Counted from the first letter of the stretch, positions 35,683-50,474 are shown. The stretch is 64,000 nt of DNA from Octopus vulgaris (GCA_951406725.2 OX597832.1:5518001-5582000); one strand, 5' to 3'. Program-made: numbers and translations. The notes: generated from the sequence alone by a model not told the origin.

Positions 35683-38600
35683 GTGCTTCTTTCAGTTTCT
35701 GTCTGCCACATCTACTCACAAGGCTTTGGTTTATTATCTAGTTAATTAATGGTGTTTATTTTATCAATTCCAGCAAAACACAGAACATAAAGGAACAGTA
35801 TCAAATGTTGTAAGGTCCAATATGCTACTTTCTCTGGTAAATCACTGTCCATAAAGCCCTTAATATATTCAAGCTGGCAGAATCATCAATATGCTGGGCA
35901 ACATGCTTAGCAGCATTTCATGTCTTTATGTTCAGACATAAGATCAACTTTGCCTTTCATCATTCAGGGTTGATAAAATATGTACCAGTTGAACTCGGTG
36001 AGGGTGGGGGTGGGGGGTCAGTGTAATTGACTTACTCCACCTCTCCCGAATTTGCTGGCCTTGTGCTAAAATTTGAAACCAATATATTGAGATATAAACC
36101 AAGAGATAGAGAACATTACAACTACCAACAAGTAATTTGGGAATCTATTTGCTTATAATGTTAGAACAAATCATGAATAGAAAACATGAAAGGAATTCTG
36201 AAAAATCAAGGGGATATCAGAAGGCTATTTCTATTCTTTTGTCTGAGTTGCTAGTCTTAATAAATGACTGTTAATAAGATAAATAGAGGTATGCTTCTAC
36301 AGAGTGTGATTAATGACTACTGAGACAAATCAACTTATGCAGAGACTTGGCAACTGCAACCACAGCAAAGAACAGGTAATGTTTCATTAAGTAAGCATTG
36401 AGATAAATACAAAAAAATAAACAGAATGACTTCAACTCATGTCTTACAAATTAGAGCAAATTCAACAGCTTCAAACGCTAAAATATTACTCAGACACAAA
36501 AAAATGGTATATACAAAGACACACACAGCATATTATATATATTGATGTAGATAGATTGTTCTCTTCAAAGAAGTGTTTGTATTTTTATATAATCTATAGA
36601 ATGACACTAAAAGAAAGGTTGACTGAAAGCTATGTTGAAATCCTTTGTATAACAAGTATAATGTACGAAAGATATAAGCTGAATAGTGTATATAAAAGAA
36701 AGGTTGTCGAAATTAGTTGCATATATTCATCCCAGTTAAAATTATTCAAAGCTGAGTGGTTATACATCTAACCCTTATGGAACCCAAAATCTGGCTGGTA
36801 AATAAAAGAAATGGGATTCAGAATGTCTGAATCCCATTGGAAAATCAATATCAAGCAGCTTTACAGAATGAGGGAATGAAAGGGTAATTTTCTAAAAATT
36901 CTATTCATCTAAGACCAAAAAAAAAAAAAAAAACAGCAGAAAGAGGAATTGAGCAAATCTGACAAAATGTATATAACTATTAATATGTGTATGGATTGCC
37001 TAATTTCAGAAAATAAAATTCTTTTTGTCACATATCATGTATAAATTAGGGTAAAGTTGACTATCTTTCATTCTTAAAACATTGATAAATGGATTCAAAT
37101 GGTTAAAATTAGAATACCAAAATCACTTGGCAGGTGATTTACTATAACGTACAATTATAGTAGAGGTATTGCTTGTAAAATATAATGTGTCCTGAATGGC
37201 ATAACAATGCACTATAATAACAAGAATCGATTATAATAACTGTTACAATTTAATCATCCATAGTCTGATATAATATTTTGGAATACAAAAATTCCTTCTT
37301 CAGATATCTCTAGAAATTGATCAAGTCACTGCTATAATCAATTTTTTTACCCCGGAAGTGTCTTTGCAGTGGTCTCATGAAGCTCCTCATGAGAAGTGTG
37401 TGAGGGTGGCCTTGTCTCAAGCTCATGTGTGCTGGCATATCTGCAGCACTGCTTCCAAATTATGTATTATACAGGCAATTTCCTTCTTTTTTTTTTTTTA
37501 TAAATAATAGATGAGCATGTTATCAAAACTGAACTTACACGCATCCAGATGTAGCTAAATAATATACTGACTGCCAACCTCCAGTCTGTTGTTAATTATA
37601 TTTACAATTATATTTTATTGACCGTTACTTAACAGAGTATTAAAATGTAAATAATTATGTAATGAGAACAATACCTAAACTGATCAATTTAATACTGATA
37701 CAGCTGGTGACAGGTTTAATTGAAGATCTGTCAACTAATTTATCAAACTTCTGCTCATTGTGCTAGTTTCTGTGCCCCTCCTTTCAGGTGCAGGATGGGC
37801 TATATGTATATTACTTTACTAATCACAATATCCATGTGAAATAATATACTAATTAATAATCACATAGCAGCAAGTTTGCTATAAATGTGCAAGACATAAA
37901 GTACACTGGAGCTGATAGAATGTGTAGTGGGGAAGAAACGAGTTATTGCAGGGTTACAACAGACTGGTAATCTAAATAGGGAACATCTGATTCAAGATGA
38001 CTAGAGCTCAAAGAATTATGTAAATGTGTAGACAGTTGCATATAGTTACCAATGCAATCAAGCTATTGTTACTAATGAATTGTTATGCTGTACTCAATAT
38101 ATACATTAATGATATTGTAATTTAATTGTAATCATGTTACTTTTTTTTTATTTTTCATTTTCTTGGAAAATGGAGTGCAAACCATTTATTATTGTATTTG
38201 TACACAATGCCAATATACTGAAGTGATTATTTGAATATGCTTCTTATATATTCATATGATCTGTCTTTCATGCAGAAGGAAAATGACTTTCATATTAACA
38301 AAAGAAGCAATATTCTAAAACTAGCCATTGTACATTAAACTACTTTACTTTGAAAGGCTGCTATGCCTTTTTAAAGAATTTGTTCATTAAAACAATAGCT
38401 TGGGAACTTTTTTAAAATGTTCTCAAAATAACTGTTCATTCATGCACAAATATAATTAGAATATTACCAAATGATTCAAGTGGTCCAATCAATGTTCACG
38501 TGAGTGTATGTGTATATGTATATACATGCACATCTATAGACATTCTAAGGTCCTCTTCAGTCCATGCATCTCTGCATCTAGAAGGCCCTTCTCTAAGGCA

Positions 38601-38821
38601 CAAGCCTGGGCAAGGTTTTATTTTGAGGAAGGCCTGCAGTTGCCCATGCATGCAACCTTTTCTTCTTCCCACCATTGATGATGTCTAAAGGAAATGTAAG
38701 GCTGATACAGCGTTGTCGAAGGTGTTACTGTTACAATACAAAGAGCCAGATAACACAAGAGATCCCATCCAATATGCTAACAGTTTCAGTGATCCAACAT
38801 CCTGGATTCACACTTTTTTAA

Positions 38822-38989
38822 TCACCTGATTTTCTCCCCTCCATATACACGCAAGCATGTATCTGACTCATACACTGTTAACTTTCCAGACATTTGTACA
38901 TTACTACATATACTTTATACGCACTTTTGACAAGTTGTGGCGCACCTGAGCACTGTATACAATAATTTCATTATTATTATTATTATTAT
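38822..38989 (+). mobile_element. Isolated 3' UTR/tail of the CR1-like LINE family, with (ATT)n tail
   Basis: Homologous to the reverse complement of 51862-52020. Confidence 0.75.
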
Positions 38990-39671
38990 AAGTACAAAAG
39001 GAAGAAGAAAGGCAAAGTTAACCTCAGCAGGAATTTGAACCCAGAATGCAGAGAATCAGAAGATTTACCACAAGGTAGTCTAGCTAATGCTCTAAAGACT
39101 CTAATGATTTATTTGGTGTGTGTGTGCGTGTGAGTCACTTCTTCATGATACCATGTGTCAAACAGAATTTGTTGAGACAGATTTTCTATGTCTGAATGCC
39201 TTTCCTGTCACCAATCCTCACTTGCTTCCAAGCAAGACAATATTTCCTCGTGGTCAATCATGCTTTTCATAGAGGACTACAAACAAATGTCATTTGCATG
39301 ATGATAATCATTTACAACCATTATGAGATATAAAGAAAGAGTACACACAAATACACACATGAATACAGAAAGACATATACACACATATACAAGACAGCCT
39401 TTGTTCTATTTCCAGCTATCAAATCCATTCATTCATAAGCCTTTGGTTGGTCCATAGCTATAGTAGAAGACACTTGCCCAAGGTGCCGCTCAGTGTGACT
39501 GAACCTGAGACAACATGATTAGGCAGCAAGCTACTTAACCACACAGTCACACTTGTGTGTGTGTGTGTTAAAAATAAAAACAAAAGAAAACGGCAATAAG
39601 TAAAATGATTAAATGAGATAACAAACAAGTTTCATAGATTAGGTGTGCAAAAATGAACAGAAGCAACTTAC

Positions 39672-39862
39672 TTATCAATGTCTTTCAGTTGAACATTTGG
39701 TAAAGTCATGAAAGAATGCTTTTTAAAATAAACTTCCTGAAAATACGGGTTCATGTTGATTCCTTTGGAGCCAAAATGGTAGGTTCGGGAAATATCTGGA
39801 ATGATGCATTCACGATCTTTGCGGATAAAGTTAGCTCTCATCCACATATCCCAATCCCATTG
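39672..39862 (-). CDS. POMGNT1: POMGNT1 exon (191 nt)
   Basis: cag|[49 protein letters not shown]...KDID-AA|gtaag; GT13 WDxWMR motif. Confidence 0.98.
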
Positions 39863-42457
39863 CTGGAACAAAAAGTAACAGGCATTTAGTTCTGATTCTA
39901 TAATTAACATCTTCTCAAAGGTACCAGGGTACTATTAAAATAGCTGACAATGTATGGGGTACTGGATAATTTGAAGGTAACCTTGAGATTTTTGGAAAAA
40001 GCTTTCCCCTACCACAGAGCAGTAGACTTTCTTTCAAATTAGATAAATTCTTCCCTGTCCCAGACAGTGTGGCTACAGAGTTCTCAGATTATTGCTATTT
40101 AAATTTCAGGAATCTGACAATAAATAACATTTAACTTTTTAGCATTTAAATTACTTGATAAAATGTTATACTTATTCATTCACATTGTTTTGAATTAACC
40201 ATGCATTACCTTTAAGCTTTGAGATATTAATGATGTGATTGCTAATTTTTAGAATGACATTCTAGGGTGGTTGTGAGAAGTCAGATCTGGCCAGTCTGAA
40301 CATAGAACAGGTAGAATATTTTGGCTGGATACAGCTGGTTTAAATGTTAAAGGATCAAAGTAAAAACTTCATGTGTTTAGTTTGATGCATAAAAAATTAT
40401 TGCACAGCTTAAAAAGCACTATAAGGCATATATATTTAGGTGTATCCCAAAACGGACAAACCTAAATATTCACATTTGCATACAAAGTTCTACACACATT
40501 AAACAATAATATAACCCAAAATTTGATTAATAAAAATTTCTACAAAACACTCTTCCATAACACACCAAAAGCCTAATTACCACTCAACTGAACACATAGC
40601 CAAGGAAGATTTTAAATCAACAGAGACTATAAAATGTAACTGGCCGAGACTTTGAAGTCACTGTCAATAATGTTCTTGTCTAACACTAATAAAATCGGGA
40701 TCTATTCTGTTCGGCTGCACTTGTGAAAATTTTAAAGTTTGGTGAAAATTTTAAAATTTGGTGTATTGATGTAATTTTCCATGTTGAATCTCAGGAGACA
40801 ATTTAATTTGTCCAGAAAATTTCTTTAAAAAGTTACAGAGGTTTAAAGTTTGATCATTTTTACCCAGTCAGAAAACAGGATTTGGAAGCTGTCATTTTGT
40901 GCAAGACAGCACATGTCAACTGAAAACAAATAAAATAATGGTGAAATTCTACTTTACGTATGCCTCAAAACGTTTTTTTTTTAAATTTTCAGAAAATTTT
41001 TCATGTGGATCACCTCATACTGAATGTATTTTAAGCATCTAATAAGCAACAAAAAGAACATGTGTTGAGAAGCTTGGTAACAGCTTGGCTTGTTACTATG
41101 GAAACAGACACCTATATATCTGAGGCTTTTGATTTACTCAAATTACCCACAATTTGCATACTTTAAAGCTATTAACTCTTTATTTATTGATTTATGGCTA
41201 AAATGAATTTCATGTTAATGATTGCTTTACAAAACTACATAACAAAATATCAAAATCAATTGGAACAAAAATTGAAGAAATTGAAAAGTGGCAGACAAAC
41301 AGAAAAGATTCTAAAATTGTTATCTATGAAAGTTGAGAGTAACCCATCAGATGGATGTAAAATTGTTTTTAGTACAACAGAACACAAAAAAACAAACATG
41401 TATGCATGATTCATCTTTATTTTTTATTTGTATAAGCCATTAGTTTGCGGCCATGCTGGAGCATTGCCTAGAAGAATTTCAGTTGAACAGATCAATCGCA
41501 ATACTTATTTTTTAAGCCTGGTACTTGTGGGAGACAGACACAAAGCTACATTGGGGAGAACGACTTCCCACCGCACAGCCACACCTGCACCTATAAATGG
41601 TGTCTTTCTCAACAGTGCCCTGCTCATAGTAATCCATGATATTACAATTGGGGAAAATAAGAAGCCATACAAAAGTCATACAAAATCTCCAACAACTTTG
41701 AACTCTTTCCAGAGGTATGGCAAGGGATCCACTTTCCAGCAGCTTTACATAGCCATCTGATTTGAGTCCAAGGCTCTAATCATCTGTAGTTGAATGAATT
41801 CTGGCTAGTGAACGCAGTCAGAACACCTGCTGTATCCCTTCTTGCTTGCCATACCCTCATAGTTTCCATTGCAGCTGTCCATGTCATGTCTTACAGATTT
41901 TCTACAGAATTCAGAGCCAGCACTGAAGGTTTCAACACACACACAAACATATACATATATATATAATAAATATATATCGGTAGCAAAATAAGGAGTGTGC
42001 TGTGCTGCAAAATATAATAATCACTATCATCATCGTTTAACATCTGCCTTCCATGCTGGCATGGGTAGGACTATATATATATATTCTTTTATTCTCTTAC
42101 TTGTTTCAGTCAGCTGACTGTGGCCATGCTGGAGCACCACCATTAGTTTAACAAATTGACCTCAGGACTTATTCTTTGTAAGCCTAGTACTTATTCTATC
42201 GATCTCTTTAGCTGAACTACTAAGTTTTGGGGACATAAACACACCAACATCAGTTGTCAAGTGATGGTATGGGGACAAACACACATAAACATATATGATG
42301 GGCTTCTTTCAGTTTCTATCTACCAAATCCAGTCACAAGGCTTTGGTTGGCCCAAAGCTATAGTAGAAGACAATTTCCCAAGATGCCACACAGTGGGACT
42401 GAATCCGGAACCATTGGATTGGGAACCAAACTTCTTACCACACAGCTATGCCTGCAC

Positions 42458-42493
<36 letters not shown>

Positions 42494-42565
42494 TCAAAAA
42501 TGTATAGTAAGTAAACAAATGAACAGAAAACAGACACAGAAGGTCAAGTTGAAAAACATACTAAA

Positions 42566-42608
<43 letters not shown>

Positions 42609-42627
42609 GTGTGTGTGTGTACATACT

Positions 42628-44119
42628 AGAATGAAAAATGCAAGCAAAGGATAACAATATTCTTGAGTATTTAATGAACCTATAAAAATACAGGACAAGA
42701 AGTCTAAAATAAAAGAGCTAAAAAGAATTTGAATGGGTTGCCAATTAAATAAAATTTTAAAAAACCTGTCAAGCCGAGTGAAATTGCAGTCATGGCTGAT
42801 GCTGGTGTTATGTAACTGGCACCCATGCAGGTGGCATGTAAAAAGCACCTTTCGAGCATTGAGCCTCACAGAGGTAATAACCAAGACCTTTGGCATTATG
42901 TTGTGCTTGAGCCAAGTAAAATTGCAGTCATGGCAGATACTGGTGTCAGCAAATTGTACGTAAAAGCACCCATTACACTCTCAGAGTGGTTGGTATTAGG
43001 AAGGGCATCCAGCCGTAGGAACCATGACAAAACAGACTGGAGTCTGGTGCAACCCTGCAGCTTGCCAGCTCTGGTCAGACCGTCCAACCCATGCCAGCAT
43101 GGACAATGGATGTTAATTGATGATGATTCAAATAAGACAAGCCATTCAATACTGATCAACCATCTTTCACCCAAGAAGAAAGCCTAAAATAAAAGAGCTT
43201 AAAATACTGCAGCTAAATATGGAATTCGATATAGATAATCTGATGCTTTATCATAAATTCCAGTGTATCAAATAAAAATTGTCACCACTAGGTGGAATGT
43301 TGTTCGCTTCCTTTTTTGCAAAATATCAAACACAGATATTGTCATTTACCAGCTGGAAGTGGTGTCCTCCTGGAGTGAAAAAGAGTAGCAACATTGTTCT
43401 ATGCAGAACAACCACATTAGGGTGGTAACAACCAATACTTTCCAGTAGAGTTACTTCTTACATCTCTTATAGAGATTTTAGAATTAGCAACTTTGGTTGT
43501 TGGAATAGAGATTCATTTTTGTTTATTTATTATTAATACAATGCTATAATGATGATCTTTATTTTCTTTCATTGTGATTAACTCTATGACATCTGCATTT
43601 ATTTTGAGCAGGAAAATGAACTAACAGTTCACTAACTAAACAGTTAACTAACTAAAAACCAAAATTTTAATAGTAAAGTAAAATAATTTTACCAAAAATA
43701 AGACAAAGAAAACATTTAATTACTTAAATAGTCTTAAATTGTACTATAGTCAAACATTTAATTTACTCACCTACTTCCTTTACATTTGTAAAAAATTTTA
43801 GTAAATAAAAATTTTAATTACTAATGTTACAACATACTATGGCAGTAATCACTTTATTTTCATATATTGAAATAATTTAAAATTTATTTACAGTCAAGCT
43901 TAGCAATAGTGAAATAGTCTGGGTGAAAGATGGTTGATCAGTATTGAATGGTTTGGCTTATTTGAATATTTTATTTATGGTAACCCATTTAAATTTTATT
44001 TTAGCTGCAATATTTTTAAGCTCTTTTATTTTATTTTAGGCTTACTGTTTGTCCTGTATTTTTCCAGGTTTATTAAATACTTAAGAATATCTTGATCCCT
44101 TGCTTGCATTTTTCATTCT
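42628..44119. mobile_element. Foldback-like element with ~200-bp inverted arms; left arm split by a family B SINE
   Basis: 42628-42766 plus 43127-43172 is the diverged reverse complement of ~43920-44119. Confidence 0.7.
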
Positions 44120-45670
44120 CGTCCACTTTTTTCACAAGTAATGCAGAAAAATTAATAATTCTTATTATAATAATAAATTTAGCTTACTTTTTCATATTGT
44201 TTCATTTCTTATTGATCAATAACTGATGCCTATTCATTTCTGTTAGAAATTCTAAATTGAATAGCACTTTCTTTACACTGAGTATTATGAAATCTGCCTA
44301 TTTAGAATTAATTTTTTTAATTAATATCTATCAGAAATAAAATTTTAAAAAAAGAGAGCAACAATAAAATATATAAAGCACTAATTAAGAACAATGAGGA
44401 ATCAAATGAATTAGGAGAGAAAGTCAACTAAAAAACAAAACAATTATAGACTGGATTTCCTGTTTGTCTTGTATTGACAGGCTGTCATTTAGATAACTTT
44501 GTAATTTCAAGTAAGACAGATATTTACAAATGGCAATTATTGAAGGCTGCATAACTTTTTTTCTCTTTAACACATCTTTATGGGGTTAGCAAGAAAACTT
44601 ACATCTGGTGGACATCATTCATCTGAACACAAATAAAATATAGTTTGCTTTTTAAATAGCTGAGATATTTTGAGTTAAAATCAAGCTTAGGTGTTACTTG
44701 AAGCTGCATCACTTTTTTTCTATCAAATATCTTTTAACAAGGTCTTCACCAGAAGATTCTAGTCATTGAGATCTTTTAAAGGAATATAATTAAAGTAAAG
44801 TTTGCTTTTTACATATCTGAGATATTTTGAGTCAAAGTCCATTTGAGGATTACCAATTTTTTGGTTACTTAAAGTGACATAACTTTTTTCTATCTAATAT
44901 CTTTTAACCCTTTCATTACTGTATTTTTATGGGGTTAGCAAGAAACTCAGTGTTTCTTTCAATTACTTTAAATATAACAAAGGATTTAGTAAAATAACTT
45001 AGTTATCATTCAGCTAGTGTTAGGAACATAAATTGTGACTAAGGTTTGGTGGAAGATTTTAATTCAAAACTTATGAAAATAAGACATTTGTACTCAGAGC
45101 TGGTTTCAGAAGATTCTACTTGTCAAAATCTTTCAAAAGGGTATAATTAAAGCAGAGTTTGCTTCTTACATATGAGATATTTTGAGTCAAAGTCAATCTT
45201 AGGCATTACTTTGCCATTTTTGACCCTACAGATTTTATCATAACTTTTTTCCTACAAAACCAAATTTCAATTATTTTATGTCAAAATGTAGCTTACCACT
45301 GGTCCACCATAATGCAAAAAGCTGAATTAAGATTTAGCTAAAACTGAATGTGTGGTAAAGTGTTAAATTGGCCACCGGTGAGTAAAAGTTGACCTTCATA
45401 TTATTCACAAACTACAGTGTGTGAAGATATATATAAATATATATATAATCAGTTTTGAAAGGAAAGAGGTTGCTCTTTCTCAGGGATGTATTCCATCCAA
45501 GCATATGCCGGTTTAACTCTATATCCATTAATTTTCCTGGAATTTGTTAATTTGTGTTAATATTAGTGCCTATTGATGGTTCTCCTTTCACATCAGGACT
45601 TTACACTTATGAAGTTCCAGTTGTTGTTAAAGATGTTTTCATCTATCTGGTATAGAATAGAATTTCAATA

Positions 45671-47734
45671 ATATAATATAAAGAAAATGAAGAGTGTGAA
45701 CACAAATCAATTTATTTATATAATAGTCAATTTCATGTCACCTGCGCAAAACAAATTAGAACCAATATAATAAAATTATTTTACAAAGCTGTCTCTAAAC
45801 ATTTTTTAAAAGAAAATAATATCACAAAATAATAAATTCACAAAAATTTAGAGTGGGTTTTTGTGTTTCAAAAAATATTGCACAAATTATATCTGCACAA
45901 GATACTAAAAAATTGAATGATTTCTATAATAATAGGAGTAAGGAAAATAGAAATGATTTACTTAATGGCCAAAATGACAAGGATCATAATGATAGTATGA
46001 AATACACAACAACCGAAGGAAGGGAAGTAACTCATGACTCCCACTAAGATCGAAAAATATAAACTTGCAGCCTACAAAAGGGAAAAGAAATAAAGTAATA
46101 ATAATAATAATGATAATAAAAACACTGATACAAATGATTTAAATATATATGCTGATACTTATAGTAGCAACAATGAAAATAAATAACAATATAAATATTA
46201 AGATAGATAAGAAAGGGAAAGAAGATAAGCCATTAGTTAAGGCTCATAACACAAGAAATAAGCATAACAAAATAACCCTGAAAACGGGAAAAATAGGTAC
46301 AGCATTAAAATAAATAAAAGTGAAAGATCCTGAAAATAGAACCTGTGATTGTGTCAATAAAAATAAAAACTGATGTCTATTAAGAAATTTTTGTAGTGAA
46401 AAAGTTTAATCTGAGGGTTAGGATTACTACTATATAGGCTCTACAGAAAATTGTATAAAAAGGGAGCCAACCATGATAGCACTTTTAGAGATAAGAGAAA
46501 AGAAGCTAGCACTAGTTTAAGTAGATTAATTTGGGCAATTAAGGACAAAAATAAGGACTATACGCTGAAGTGGTAAGTATCCGAGCAAAATCTTATAGCA
46601 TTGGGAGCAAAAGGTGTGACTTTTGCGTAGAGGAAATTTTCCAGGTCATTACATCCAAGCATAAACTAATCAACAATAAAAGAGATAGAGGATTTTGTTG
46701 TCCACACAGGATTAAACACACGTTTAATAAATTCAAATACACAAAATTAAATAGAAATTATGCAAATAAATCTAAATAAATATAATTAAATAGGCATTAT
46801 GTGAATAAATCAATATCTAGAATTTATGATTCTATAATATCAATCAAATAGAATACACATTGAAACCCTTTCTATCAGCTGATATATCTAAATAAATCAA
46901 CGATTATATTAAATAAATGAAGGATAGAGAGCTTCTTATAAATCATAAGGAATATATATATATAATAAATTTTAAATAATAAATTATATTTAAATAGACA
47001 CTTTGTGAATGATAAAATTAAAATAAACATATGAAGGAATCTTAAAGAAAATGTACTTTCACCATTTGAAAATAATCTTGCTCCATACATGTGATACATG
47101 GTGAATTGTACCATCATTAAAATATATACAAATTAATTTAACAAAATGTATATAATAATCCAAACTATCAATAAATAAGACTAATGCATCTAAAATAAAA
47201 TAGAAAATTACACTAATAATAAAAATTTAAATTCTCACAATTAAATAAGTTAAATGAATAAATTTGGATACTTACTAATGTATATATTTTTTATTTTTTT
47301 GGCAAGTGGGTAGAGAGAAGAGTGGTTGCCAGCCTCTAAAACAAATTATCTAAATGCCATTAAGGGTGAATAGTAGTATGATCTAGTTCTTCAGAACTGC
47401 AACTAGCCATTGTCCACTATGGTTGTAGCTTAACCTTTAGCTATTTTGAGAATGGAATCCAAAGACACACACATACGCATGCTGTTGTTTCAGTCTGTAA
47501 TAAACTCTCTGTCCTTTTGGATGTAAATGAATATATGTCAATACATATGAATATATCTCAATATGTCAATATATTGCCCGGAAGAGATTTTTACCTTTTA
47601 AATTCATAATACAATTTTAATTGTAAAGCATGAATGAAGGTGAGAAATTGAAACGTGTGTAGGTGACATGAAACTGACTATCATATAAATAAATTGATTT
47701 CTATGTTCACACTTTCCATTTTCTTTATATTATA
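45671..47734 (+). mobile_element. Penelope-like element remnant (GIY-YIG end) with inverted terminal arms
   Basis: HKIINSQKFRVGFCVSKNIAQIISA; TCDC; YYIGSTE; STSLSRLIWAIKD; KRCDFCVEE..CPHR; arms 45671-45743 and 47661-47734 are inverted copies. Confidence 0.8.
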
Positions 47735-47789
47735 TACCTATACATATTCAAACATATACACATATAAATATCTATATAATAATAATAAT

Positions 47790-48122
47790 ATATATTGTAT
47801 AAAAGATCATGGGTAAGGCCAAAACAATGCAAAGTAAATCACAAGGAAACAAATATGTGAATTAATGTAGACTTACCTTGTATTCAATATTTCGGGGTTA
47901 TGACCCCATTTTTAAGAAATTGACAAATGTTGCCGATGTGTGTGTGTGTGTTACACACATGCACATCAGCAACAGTCATCAATTTTTTGAAAATGGGGTC
48001 ATAATCCCAAAATATTGAATACAAGGTTGAATACATTAATTCACATATTTGTTTTCTTGTGATTTACCTTGCGTTTACTTCGCATTGTTTTGGCCTTACC
48101 CATGACCCTTTATACAATATAT
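47790..48122. repeat. ~330-bp imperfect palindrome (fold-back)
   Basis: atatattgtataaaagatcatgggtaaggccaaaacaatgc... pairs with ...gcattgttttggccttacccatgaccctttatacaatatat; centre is (TG)n/(CA)n. Confidence 0.9.
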
Positions 48123-48168
48123 TCTACACAATGCTTCACAGTAAGTATTCCATAATAATAATAATAAT

Positions 48169-48220
<52 letters not shown>

Positions 48221-48466
48221 CATCATCATCATCATTGTACTAGCATGGGTCAAACAAGACTTAAAGTGGTAATTTTTCTATGCTATGGCTGAATCCCTTT
48301 CCTGTCACTAACCCTCATTTGAAGCCAAGTAAGGTACTATTTCCCTTTAACAGTTCAATAGCTTGAACTTGAAACGTATGTTTTACAGCTGACGTAAACA
48401 ATGACAATGTCTATATAATGACATTGTTTTTACAGATGACACAAACAACCTCAAAACAATGGGAAG

Positions 48467-48497
<31 letters not shown>

Positions 48498-48576
48498 ATA
48501 CATATGTGTGTGTCTCCTTGTCTTGACATTGCATTAAAAAAAGTTGTTTTAAAAAAACAAAAAAAGACATTCTCAC

Positions 48577-48705
48577 CTTCTCTGGGGTTGGCCACTGTGC
48601 TTCTAGTTCTTCTTTGTAAAGTTTACGTTTTAGCATCCAACCTAACCCAGGCATGGTTTCAATGCGGTACAAAAGTGATGGATCCTTACATGAATGTTCA
48701 TATCC
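48577..48705 (-). CDS. POMGNT1: POMGNT1 exon (129 nt)
   Basis: tag|[43 protein letters not shown]|gtgag. Confidence 0.98.
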
Positions 48706-50401
48706 CTATATGATACAAAATACAAAGAATATATTCCTGAAACATACAATAACTACAAACTAATACAGAAAATGCTGTCTGTTCTGCATACAGACGTGCC
48801 ATTTTCCAACATTGAAAATGCTTGTTGTTCATATTGCTGCATGATACAATTGGTGTATTTCTGAAGAACATAATAACTACAAACCAACATTGAAAATCCT
48901 GTATTTGTAGATAGGCATTGTTCCAAGTTCCTGAACAAAGCATAAAAGTAATTTACTTTGTACAAAATGTCTCATTCTTGATTAATGGTTTCAAAATTTA
49001 GCAGAAGGCTGGCAATTTGAGGTGGGGGCAGTCAATTACCTTGACCTCAGTGCTCAACTGGTACATATTTTATTGAACCTGAAAGCATGAAGAACAAAGC
49101 TCATCTTGGTGGGATTTGAACTCAGAATGTAAAGGGCCAGAAAAATGTCACTAAGTTTTGTTATGAAGAAGAGAATAAAGTTCTAGCTGCTGTGATAGTA
49201 AAGCTACAGAATATTATTATAGTTTGGTAGGCAATCATCTATAGCAAATAGAACTAATTTAAAATAATACTACTCGAAATATTATTCTCTACTTCTACGA
49301 AAGAAAACAAATAATAGATCCCTAATTCTAATGAGAAATAATGTTCATTGATTGCATGACTGATTTAAGGCATGCTGCACGTTCTCCTTATAAATTTTTG
49401 GGGTGCTTTTATTATTAGGAGGACTATATTAACTGGTGAGTGAACATGTGGTAGTCAGCTGACCAAGAGGTGTGAAGTCAGGTGATGAAGAACTACATTA
49501 TACAAGACATCCAGCTGTGTGCAACTACTTCTTCTCTGGGCAAGTTGGCTAGCTGGGTTGGTCTGCAATTTCCCAGCTGCTGACTTGGCTGTTGGAGCCA
49601 TGTTGGTGTCAGGAGGCCATGTTTTGCAATACTATGTTGTCTGCCATTTAGTGATTTTGCAACTTCACAACCTACCATTTGTAATTAATAAAATAAGATA
49701 GTGGACACATGGTTCATGAATTAAAAGTCCATATCTGACAGCAAGTGCTGGTTCTGAGTAGGGATCATAGCAGACTTTTTGCTTCTGTTTTAAATGGTTT
49801 AGTCTGTGCTCATAACCTTTGTATGCCCTCTGAAGCTGATGAAACTGATGCAGTCAATGTTCATCATACAGAGCTGCAAGACAGTGGCTGACATTTCACC
49901 TTGTAAAGAATTTTATTATTAAATTGAGAAATGAATAGGATGATCAAAGCTAGAATGTCTTTCATTATAGGTCAATATGACAGGTTAACTAGGGCTTTTA
50001 ACATCAACAACTAACATAGTGACTCAAGCTTCTGCCCTATTGTTGTTGAGCTTATCACTAATTGAGCCCTCCTTTTCTTGTTATTTCATCACATTTTAAT
50101 GTTGATGAAATATGTAATAAGAGAAAGTAGTATAAACCAATGAATAAAATATGAAACAATAGAGAAGCATGTACATAGTTGCTAGAAATAGCAACCAATC
50201 TCTTTCACCCCACAAGCTACCATTTAAAAAAAAATAAAAAGACAATGGATAATGTAGTCTGAGGTGTAACCCATCAGGAAAAAGTAAAATGGGATGATCA
50301 TAGCTAGAACGCCTTTGATGGTAAGTCTGCTTTTGTCCCCCGTGGTCAACTTAGTGTTAAACAACAACAGTAAAAGCAATATATAAAATGCCATTACTAA
50401 C

Positions 50402-50474
50402 CTGATCATTCCATGCTGACACACAGTAAATACTGGGATCTTCATCTAGCAGATGCATTGTCTGACTAAAGTAA
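50402..50474 (-). CDS. POMGNT1: POMGNT1 exon (73 nt)
   Basis: cag|[25 protein letters not shown]|gttag. Confidence 0.97.

Noticed and set aside
36439-36771. 110-aa ORF antisense within a POMGNT1 intron
   Set aside because: No recognisable motifs; composition typical of AT-rich chance ORFs
43283-43300. CTCF-like CCACTAGGTGG
   Set aside because: Partial match inside a repeat; expected by chance
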